This document shows, one piece after another, positions 35,488-45,507 of a stretch of 64,000 nt of DNA. This stretch comes from Minisyncoccia bacterium (GTDB taxonomy: Bacteria > Patescibacteriota > Minisyncoccia > Phycocordibacterales > Zambryskibacteraceae). Positions within the stretch are counted from its first letter, which is position 1, and each line of letters begins with the position of its first letter. The notes under the pieces are model-generated. The model saw nothing but the letters and a program-made list of their open reading frames with translations, ran no database searches and was not told where the DNA came from. The translations under genes and the position numbers were made by a program. The DNA is taken from the NCBI GenBank assembly GCA_041742965.1, contig JBGTNQ010000003.1:12483-76482 (forward strand). Direction: 5' to 3'.

Positions 35488-37344
35488 TTAAACTCCGAGG
35501 ATGACAGGGATGACGATTGGTCTTTTCGCTGTTTTTTGGAAAAGAAACCTTTCGACTCCTTCGCTAACATTTGATTTTACAAAATCAAAATCTATAGGAT
35601 TCATACCTATTGTTGTTTTTTCAATAGAGCGTCGGATTAAGGTTCTTGTCTGTTGAAGTAGGTCTTGGGACTCTCTCAAGTATACGAAGCCTCTAGAAAT
35701 AATGTCTGGTGACTTCCTTAGCTTACCAGTTTTGGTGTCCACGCTGGCGATGATGACCAAGAAACCGTCTTCAGCCAGCATTTTTCTGTCGCGCATCACA
35801 ACTTCTTGCATGTCTCCTATTGCAAAACCATCCACCATAACTGGATTTGATGGGGCCTTTTCTGCTAGAGCTCTTATTTTTTGTCCTTTTTCATATATTT
35901 CTATAACTGAACCATTGTCTGGTACTACCACATTTTCTTTGGGTACACCTAGAGTATAGGCAAGTTCCGCATGCTGTCTTAACATGTAGTGGTTTCCGTG
36001 AAGTGGCATAAAAAACTTGTAGTTTATTTGATTGTGTATCCAACGCAATTCATCACGGTTCCCGTGACCAGAGGCGTGAACATCAGAGTCTAGGTAGGTG
36101 ATGATTTTTGCCCCAGATCTGTAAAGGTTATCTTTTAGATTTACCACTGCCATATAGTTTGTCGGAATAATGGAAGAGGAGAGAAGCACCGTGTCAGTGG
36201 GACGTAATTGCACATACTTGTGAGATTTGTTGGCGATTCTCATTAGCGCCGCGAACTCTTCTCCTTGAGCGCCAGTAACGATCATGACGACCTTGTCTGG
36301 TGGGTGAGACTCTATTTCTTCAAGTGGAATTACAATTTTATCGGTGTCTACGAGTCCGAGCTTTTTTATAATTTCCAGATTGTTTTTCATACTCCTACCT
36401 TCAAAGACAACCTTTTTATTTAATCGACGACATATGTCTATGATGGCGATTAGGCGCTCAACTTGAGAGGCGAAAGTGGCGATAATTAGACGAGACTTTG
36501 TCATTTGAATTATTTTCTCGATATTTTCTATAACCACATTTTCAGACAAAGAAAACCCTGGTTTTTCAATGGAGGTTGAGTCCATAGTAAGGAGTAGGAC
36601 ATTCATATCTTTGAATCTTTCATATTGTTTAAACTCTTCTTGTGTCGGTACGCCATCAATGTTGTCTACTCTGACGTCCTCAATAAAGACAATATTTCCG
36701 TGGGGAGTCTCTATTATCAAGCCGATAGAGTCAGGGATGGTGTGAGAGATCGGAAAAGTTGTAACCCTTAGGTCTTTCGATATGGTTATACGCTCATTTG
36801 CTTCTAAAACTTTAATATCCAGTTTAGGCATTTGAGGAAACTCTTCTTGTCGTTTCATAATCATCATTGAACCGAATTGAGCAGTATATATTGGAGGATT
36901 TCCGATACGGTCCATGATGTAGGGAATAGCGCCTATATGATCTAGGTGTCCGTGAGTGATAAACATCGCTTTCACTTTTTCTTTTCTTTCTTCAAGGTAC
37001 TTTGTATTAGGAAGAATATAGTCAATTCCCGGGGTTCCCGCATCTCTGAATTGGAAACCGCAGTCAATGACAATAATGCTATCGCCAAACTCTATTGCGG
37101 TCATATTTTTTCCAACCTCCTCTACTCCACCGAGTGGAATTATGCGTATACTTTCCCCTATAGGAGGAATCACAACAGGTTTTTTTCTGTTGTCTTGCTG
37201 AGATCCATTACTTCTAAACCCAGTTGGCCTTGAATGTCTTCTCCCAAACGGAGTTTTTCTCACACCTCTTCTCGGGCGCATTGTTGGACGAGGAGACTCG
37301 GTTGGTACCAGTTTTTCTCCCGCTGTATTTGTATTTGTATCCAT
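35488..37344 (-). CDS. rnj: Ribonuclease J (beta-CASP metallo-beta-lactamase)
   Basis: ITHGHLDHIGAIPY (HxHxDH) and beta-CASP motifs, with an Arg/Gly-rich N-terminal extension. Confidence 0.85.
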   Translation of the reverse strand: MDTNTNTAGEKLVPTESPRPTMRPRRGVRKTPFGRRHSRPTGFRSNGSQQDNRKKPVVIPPIGESIRIIPLGGVEEVGKNMTAIEFGDSIIVIDCGFQFRDAGTPGIDYILPNTKYLEERKEKVKAMFITHGHLDHIGAIPYIMDRIGNPPIYTAQFGSMMIMKRQEEFPQMPKLDIKVLEANERITISKDLRVTTFPISHTIPDSIGLIIETPHGNIVFIEDVRVDNIDGVPTQEEFKQYERFKDMNVLLLTMDSTSIEKPGFSLSENVVIENIEKIIQMTKSRLIIATFASQVERLIAIIDICRRLNKKVVFEGRSMKNNLEIIKKLGLVDTDKIVIPLEEIESHPPDKVVMIVTGAQGEEFAALMRIANKSHKYVQLRPTDTVLLSSSIIPTNYMAVVNLKDNLYRSGAKIITYLDSDVHASGHGNRDELRWIHNQINYKFFMPLHGNHYMLRQHAELAYTLGVPKENVVVPDNGSVIEIYEKGQKIRALAEKAPSNPVMVDGFAIGDMQEVVMRDRKMLAEDGFLVIIASVDTKTGKLRKSPDIISRGFVYLRESQDLLQQTRTLIRRSIEKTTIGMNPIDFDFVKSNVSEGVERFLFQKTAKRPIVIPVILGV

Positions 37345-37361
37345 ATTTTGTAAGTTAATAA

Positions 37362-39110
37362 TTAGTTTGTTTTGTTAAATATTTTCCAAATCTTGTTCGT
37401 TTCTATATACCACTCGTGAATATTTGCAAATCTTTCTCCTGGAATTGATAGTTGCCCTAAGGCTATTCCTTTTATTTTTTTGGGTACGACATATATAAAC
37501 TGTGGTGAGTATATAAATACAGCAGGATTTTCTTTTTTTATTTCATTTTCAAATTCTGCCAGCTTTTCTTTTCTAATCTCTGTGTCAGAGGCCGTTCTTG
37601 CGCTTTCGACTAGGGAGTCTACTCTACTGTTTACATAAAGAGCAATATTAAGGCCAGGGTCATTTCTTTGAGAAGAGTGCCAAAATGGATAAAGGTCCAT
37701 ATCACGACCCACAATTTCTCCAAAAAACAGAGCATCATACCTTCTTGGCCGTATAATGTTTTGATTTAAGTTGCCGGTCTCAAAAACTTCTACATTAACT
37801 TGTGCCCCAAACTCCCTCCAATCATTAGCTATCATTTCTGTTGCAGATTTTATTTCTGGTGTGTCGCCGGTTGTAATTGAAAATGAGAGAATCAGGGTCT
37901 CATTTCTGCCTACATATTCCCACACTCCCGTCTCTTCATTTCTTTCCCAACCAGCCTCGATTAAAATATTTTGAGCTTTTTCCAGTCTCTCCTCATATGT
38001 TTCTGCGCTTTCATTTGTGTTCGAATCAGTAATTGGTAGTGGACTGTCTATAGGTGTTCCGTAACCATATAGAACTTCTCTAACGATCCTTTCTTTGTTA
38101 ACACTAAGACTTAAAGCTTCTCGCACTTCTGGGTTGGTGAAAATAGTAGCCTGATTTTGGTTGAAGAAAACCCCAAAGATTCTTGGAAGAACAGTCGTTT
38201 TGATTTCTTCGTTTGGTATTCCCAATTCGCTAACAATGCGAGGCGAAAATCCGCGAGCGCTTTCTATTGTCTTATCTTTGTATGCCCTCGAGAGGTCTTC
38301 CTCATTTTGATAAAAGCGAGTAGTTATCTTTTTTATAAAAGGTTTTCCTAGGGCGTAGTCAGAAAAACTCTCTAATACATAGCTTGTGGGTATGCCAGCA
38401 GAACTTCTTTTTACGGATCTCACTTTATAAGGGCCAGAGCCTATCGGTTCTACATTAAGTTGGCTAAATGAAAATTGTTCAGCGTCAGCACCTTCCCATG
38501 CATGCATTGGGATTATTCCTATGGTCGTGTTTTCTAAGAACGGAGCATATGGCTGTTGTAGGGTGAATGTTATTTCTCTGTCACTAACTTTTTCTACAAC
38601 CACCCCATCCCAACCACTTCGTTTTGGGCTTTTGAGCATAGGGTCTTGTGCTTTAGATATCGTAAAAGCCACATCATCCGCAGTGATTGGGGTTTTGTCA
38701 TGGAATTTTAGACCCTCTTTTAGAGTAAATGAATATATTAGTCCGTCAGGGGATATGGTGTAACTTTCTGCCAAATCAGGTAAAAGTGCTCCATCGGGTT
38801 GAGCCTTCATTAATCCAGAGTAAACCAAAGCAACGAGGTCTTTTTCAGCATCGCTTGTAGCAAGTATTGGGTTTATAAATCTTGGTGTACCCAATACTCC
38901 TTCAGTTATCTCACCACCGTGAGCCGGAACTTCAACTAGAAAGTTATTGTTCACTTTTATTAAAAGCACAAGGCTGGCAATAGCAAAGACCGCTGCAAAA
39001 AAGAAAAACAACACCCTTTCGGTAAAAGAAAAATTCTTCACCGCCTGATTTAAGGTTTCGGATTTTGGGATACTCCACTGTTTTGAAAACAAAGAAATGG
39101 GATTTTTCAC
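37362..39110 (-). CDS. ABC transporter substrate-binding protein, family 5 (peptide/nickel)
   Basis: N-terminal anchor and a ~550-aa SBP_bac_5-like protein. Confidence 0.7.
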   Translation of the reverse strand: MKNPISLFSKQWSIPKSETLNQAVKNFSFTERVLFFFFAAVFAIASLVLLIKVNNNFLVEVPAHGGEITEGVLGTPRFINPILATSDAEKDLVALVYSGLMKAQPDGALLPDLAESYTISPDGLIYSFTLKEGLKFHDKTPITADDVAFTISKAQDPMLKSPKRSGWDGVVVEKVSDREITFTLQQPYAPFLENTTIGIIPMHAWEGADAEQFSFSQLNVEPIGSGPYKVRSVKRSSAGIPTSYVLESFSDYALGKPFIKKITTRFYQNEEDLSRAYKDKTIESARGFSPRIVSELGIPNEEIKTTVLPRIFGVFFNQNQATIFTNPEVREALSLSVNKERIVREVLYGYGTPIDSPLPITDSNTNESAETYEERLEKAQNILIEAGWERNEETGVWEYVGRNETLILSFSITTGDTPEIKSATEMIANDWREFGAQVNVEVFETGNLNQNIIRPRRYDALFFGEIVGRDMDLYPFWHSSQRNDPGLNIALYVNSRVDSLVESARTASDTEIRKEKLAEFENEIKKENPAVFIYSPQFIYVVPKKIKGIALGQLSIPGERFANIHEWYIETNKIWKIFNKTN

Positions 39111-39194
39111 AATACTAAATAATAAATCGATAAAATTTCGACAAACAAAATTAAAATGTATCTTTGAGTTCTCTTAATAGTTTTAGAAAAACAC

Positions 39195-39428
39195 TTATAT
39201 AATGAGTGAGATAAAAGTAGAGACGGCGAAAAGTATTGCCAATGTGATAGTGATTCTGAAAAGAGTCCTCTCTGCTCCTCTTCGTACGAAAGTGTTTCCA
39301 CTGAAAGAGTCACCACCGAAAGCACCACCAAGACCTGCCTCTGATCTCTGCAAAAGAATGCCGCCTATTAGAAGGAGGGAAAGAACCATTTGAATGTAGG
39401 GAAGCATTCCAGAAATACTCATTAGCAA
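39195..39428 (-). CDS. secG: Preprotein translocase subunit SecG
   Basis: LLLIGGILLQRSEAGLGGAFGG. Confidence 0.7.
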   Translation of the reverse strand: MLMSISGMLPYIQMVLSLLLIGGILLQRSEAGLGGAFGGDSFSGNTFVRRGAERTLFRITITLAILFAVSTFISLII

Positions 39429-39711
39429 TAAGTTTACTCAAAATAAGAATAATGTCAAAAGTTTGGAAAGAATGAGGGGTAACGAATAATGGACGATGAA
39501 TAGCCCAATTACATAGGCTTAGCCTATGTAATTGGGCTATATAATTGCAAAAAGGCCTTATTTAAGCCATTTTCTGAAAACTTAGACGGCAAGATCCATC
39601 ACATAGTTGACAAAAACTGTATATATGCTATAATTAGAATAGAAGTGTGTAGTAATCGTGGCGCTAAGCGCCAATATAGGTTCTCGTGTTAACTCATACA
39701 AGGAGGGCTGT

Positions 39712-40005
39712 ATGACCGAGGCAAAGGTGTCTGAGGCGATGGATCGCCTTGATCGCGTGATTGCTCACGCGAAGAAGGAGGGAGTAAATCTCCCGAACCG
39801 TGTTCTGGATTGTCTGGAGGAGATCCAGATTCGTGAAGACCGCTTTTTCAGGGTCTCCAAGTCCACTTCGGCTCGTCGGTTTCTCGTCCGCCGGTTGGAG
39901 AACGATGTTCTCCGTCTGGCTGGGGATGTGGTTGACGAGGTTCGATATCTCGTCAAGAAGCACATCACCTTCCAGGCCAGCCGGAGTCGCCAGAAGGTGG
40001 CCTAG
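39712..40005 (+). CDS. Hypothetical protein in a GC-rich islet
   Basis: TTGACA-16-TATAAT promoter at 39608-39636, AAGGAGGG SD, ~58% GC, and a terminator at 40019-40055. Confidence 0.45.
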   Translation: MTEAKVSEAMDRLDRVIAHAKKEGVNLPNRVLDCLEEIQIREDRFFRVSKSTSARRFLVRRLENDVLRLAGDVVDEVRYLVKKHITFQASRSRQKVA

Positions 40006-40123
40006 CACAACACGGGATTCCCCGCGGACAAAGTATCGTCCGCGGGGTTTTCTTTTATACAAAGATATGTAAAATATTGGGCACAAATTATTAATAGAGT
40101 AATCGTGCTACACTTGAATACCT

Positions 40124-42116
<1,993 letters not shown>

Positions 42117-42598
42117 GTAGTGGTAAGTTGGAAGTAGTTAGTGGGTAAGTTGGGATTAGAAGAAAAGCATGAACCCCCGTCCTTCGAAAAATCTCAGGAC
42201 GGGGGTTTTGGCATTTCACCACATTACAGGAACTTGTTACCGGTTCTCTCTATTCGGATAGGTTGAGCTTCTGGAGGTTCTACGGTGTAGCTTAAAATAT
42301 AGGCCAGGGTCACAAGCAAGAGGATTAAAAGAGCGATGAGGCCGAGCATCGCCCTTCTTTTTTCCTTCTTCTTTCTGGCGGAGTTCCACATTCTCTCGGC
42401 CCTTCCTTGGGCGGTCACTTTTTTCTGCTCCCCCATCGCCTTATATTGTGGCATTTTGTTTCCTCAGTTCAGGTGTTTTAGTGTAAGACGAGAACAGTCC
42501 AGTCACCACTCTATAGCTAAGGCTGTATTTTGCAACCTTCCACAGTCTTTAAGTTCCGTGTTATAATAGTGGTCTATTAGTAATATTCTTTTATAAAA

Positions 42599-43159
42599 AT
42601 GAGTCTTTTTTACATTCTTTTAGGTTTAGTCATAGTGGTGGCAGTTTGGGTTGTATTTATGTACAACGGTTTTATTCGTCTTATCAATAGAGCGAAGGAA
42701 GCTTGGGCAGATATTGATGTTCAGCTAAAGCGCAGGTATGACCTTATCCCTAACTTAGTTAATACAGTAAAGGGCTATGCAACTCACGAAGCATCTGCTT
42801 TTGAAAACGTCACAAAGGCGAGAGCGATGGCTATGGGCGCGCAAGGTTTGGAAGAAAAGGGAAAAGCAGAAAATATGCTTTCTGGAGCACTGAAGTCCAT
42901 TTTTGCTATAGCTGAAGCGTACCCAGATCTTAAGGCAAATCAAAACTTCCTTGAGCTTCAGCGCGAACTCTCTGATACAGAAAACAAAATCCAAGCCGCT
43001 CGAAGGTTTTACAATACAAATGTTCGTGACTTAAATATCGGCATTGAGTCTTTCCCCGGGAATGTCGTGGCTAGTTTCTTCAAATTCTCAAAAATGGAAT
43101 TCTTTGAACTAGATGAAGCTGATAGTGCTGCTCGCAACCCAGTTGAAGTGAAGTTCTAA
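42599..43159 (+). CDS. lemA: LemA family protein
   Basis: N-terminal TM and a LemA domain. Confidence 0.8.
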   Translation: MSLFYILLGLVIVVAVWVVFMYNGFIRLINRAKEAWADIDVQLKRRYDLIPNLVNTVKGYATHEASAFENVTKARAMAMGAQGLEEKGKAENMLSGALKSIFAIAEAYPDLKANQNFLELQRELSDTENKIQAARRFYNTNVRDLNIGIESFPGNVVASFFKFSKMEFFELDEADSAARNPVEVKF

Positions 43160-43199
43160 TTTTAAAAGCTATAAGCTAAAAGCTAAAAGCTGTCAGCTT

Positions 43200-44105
43200 A
43201 TGAATCTCTACTCTCATCAAGACGCAAATATAAGGAAAACTTGGTTTTTTATGGCCATGTTTTTCGTAGTAGTTATTGCTTTGGGCTGGTTTTTCTCTTA
43301 TGTTTACAACGACGTTTCAATTCTCTATATAGCTGTTATCTTCTCAATCTTCATGAATGTTTTTGGTTATTGGTTTTCGGACAAGATTGTTTTGAAAATG
43401 CACAAAGCCAAACAAGTGACTAGGGAGGAATATTTTGACCTATGGAATATGACGGAAAACCTCTCTATTAGTGCGGGTCTACCGATGCCAAAGCTCTATG
43501 TCATAGATGAACCTTCTCCAAATGCTTTTGCTACTGGTAGGAACAAAGAGCACGCAGTTGTTGCAGTGACTACAGGTCTCCTTCAAATTTTGGATAAAAG
43601 TGAACTTGAGGGTGTTGTCGCTCACGAGCTAGCCCATATTGGTAATAGAGATATGCTTCTTTCTACTATGGTTGTGGTGCTGGTGGGCTTCGTGACTTTG
43701 ATTTCTGATTTCTTTTTAAGATCTATGTATTTTGGTGGTGGTAGAAGTGAGAAGGGTGGGCAGGTTCAGGGTATTTTGTTTTTAGTAGGAATTGTTTTGG
43801 CAATTCTCTCACCATTTATCGCCGTTATTATTCAGCTTGCTATTTCTCGAAAGAGAGAGTTTTTGGCAGATGCTTCTGGGGCACTTCTCACTAGGTATCC
43901 AGAGGGTCTCGCTGGCGCCTTGAGAAAAATAAGTTCAGCCGGTGTGCCAATGCGAACTGCCAATGATGCTACCGCACATTTGTTCATATCCAACCCTTTC
44001 GGGGGAAATAAAACTAAGTTTTTGCATAAATTGTTTATGACTCATCCACCTGTAGAGGAGAGAATAAAAGCCCTTTTAGGCAGTGGTCACAGTAGTGTAA
44101 ACTGA
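43200..44105 (+). CDS. htpX: HtpX-like M48 zinc metalloprotease
   Basis: VAHELAHIGNRD HExxH motif and four TM helices; paired with lemA. Confidence 0.8.
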   Translation: MNLYSHQDANIRKTWFFMAMFFVVVIALGWFFSYVYNDVSILYIAVIFSIFMNVFGYWFSDKIVLKMHKAKQVTREEYFDLWNMTENLSISAGLPMPKLYVIDEPSPNAFATGRNKEHAVVAVTTGLLQILDKSELEGVVAHELAHIGNRDMLLSTMVVVLVGFVTLISDFFLRSMYFGGGRSEKGGQVQGILFLVGIVLAILSPFIAVIIQLAISRKREFLADASGALLTRYPEGLAGALRKISSAGVPMRTANDATAHLFISNPFGGNKTKFLHKLFMTHPPVEERIKALLGSGHSSVN

Positions 44106-44145
44106 AATGAGCCTTGCCCCGTAGCGAGCTTTGCTCTACTACTGG

Positions 44146-44195
44146 GGTGACTCATCCACCAGTTGAAGAGCGCGTAAACGCGCTCTTAGGAATAA
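44146..44195 (+). pseudogene. Remnant duplicate of the htpX 3' end
   Basis: gtgactcatccaccagttgaagagcgcgtaaacgcgctcttagg encodes VTHPPVEERVNALLG, against MTHPPVEERIKALLG at the gene end. The nucleotide sequence is diverged. Confidence 0.4.
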
Positions 44196-44212
44196 CGAAT
44201 AAGGAATAAGGA

Positions 44213-44815
44213 ATGGAGAAACCAGAATTAACAAAAGAAGAGCTTCAGAAAAAAGTCGCTGAGTTGGAAGCGGAAATTTCTATTTTAGAAAAAGATTTGA
44301 TTCACGATCATCTAACCAATCTTAAGACAAGGGGATTTTTTGAAGAAGAAGCAAAGATGTATCTTGAGATGGTGGCGCATTCAGATGATACTCGGCGAAA
44401 ACAGTGGTTTGGTTTTCGCAACGCAAGTATTATTCTTTTTGATACGGACTATTTTAAAAAAGTAAACGACACCTTTGGGCATTTGGTGGGAGACGAAGTT
44501 TTGAAGAGTGTTTCAAAAACAATTGAAGATTCACTTCGTGAAGGCGACACCGCTTCTCGTTGGGGTGGGGAAGAAATCGCTGTGCTTTTACTTGGCGCAA
44601 ATGAAACTGACGCTGTTGCCAAAGCAGATGAAATACGGGAAGAAATTTCAAAATTAAAATTTTCTGCTTTAGATTTGTCAGTTACTATTTCAGCGGGTGT
44701 AGCTTCTTCAGAAAAAGGTGTACATCTTTCAGAGCTTGTTGATAGGGCAGACAAAGCTTTATATAAAGCCAAAGAAACTGGAAGAAACAAAGTGGTAGGG
44801 TATTCGGAAATATAA
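44213..44815 (+). CDS. GGDEF-domain diguanylate cyclase
   Basis: RWGGEEI (GGEEF) active site preceded by a coiled coil. Confidence 0.8.
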   Translation: MEKPELTKEELQKKVAELEAEISILEKDLIHDHLTNLKTRGFFEEEAKMYLEMVAHSDDTRRKQWFGFRNASIILFDTDYFKKVNDTFGHLVGDEVLKSVSKTIEDSLREGDTASRWGGEEIAVLLLGANETDAVAKADEIREEISKLKFSALDLSVTISAGVASSEKGVHLSELVDRADKALYKAKETGRNKVVGYSEI

Positions 44816-45015
44816 AAAAGTATAAGAGAAAACGGCAAGCGCATCGCGCTTGCCGTTCGGTACTGCGTTTCTTCTCACCTACGGTCTAGGGATCTTTGCT
44901 CACTAAACACTGAGGTGAAAAACACTGGGGTTTTCGTACTCCACACACACTATACAGATGTCCAAAGAATTTTTGGGGAATACTAGGGGAATACTAGTTG
45001 GATCGATTTATTTCT

Positions 45016-45420
45016 TTACTCTTTATTGTTAGCTTCATCATATTTCTTTTCAGCTAATCGCTCTTGTGCCGAGGCAAAAGAGTCTTCATATTTTTCTCGT
45101 CTAGAAGCAATGGTTCTGATTTCTTCATCTGAAGCATCAGGATCAAAGCCCTCAACTCGATCTTCCTGGTGATCAATATTAGAAGGATCTTTTTTATCTC
45201 CTCCCCGAATGTCCATATTCCCTAAAGAAGCAAGTTTTGCTTTAGTTCCAAGTCCGGTTCTACCTTTCTTTATGGGGGTCTCGCCAGATTCCACTTTGCG
45301 GTAACCAGCAGCAGCGTCACGTTCAAATTTTCCCGCATATGCCACCACCTCGGCCTTAGCTACATCGTCAATTTTTTCAGATTCATCCGCAGGTATCTGC
45401 GGGACTCCTTCTATTCCCAT
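45016..45420 (-). CDS. Hypothetical acidic low-complexity protein within the insertion
   Basis: ORF only. Confidence 0.35.
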   Translation of the reverse strand: MGIEGVPQIPADESEKIDDVAKAEVVAYAGKFERDAAAGYRKVESGETPIKKGRTGLGTKAKLASLGNMDIRGGDKKDPSNIDHQEDRVEGFDPDASDEEIRTIASRREKYEDSFASAQERLAEKKYDEANNKE

Positions 45421-45507
45421 GTTTTTATTGTTTAATTATAATAGCTCTAATTTTATACCCCGTGTGAGAAAAGCACAACTATAGGCAAATAGGTTATAAT
45501 ATCTTTA

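Noticed and set aside
39107-39331. A 74-aa minus-strand ORF and the overlapping plus-strand ORF at 39202-39393.
   Set aside because: Both overlap secG in other frames or the opposite strand; secG has a clear signature.
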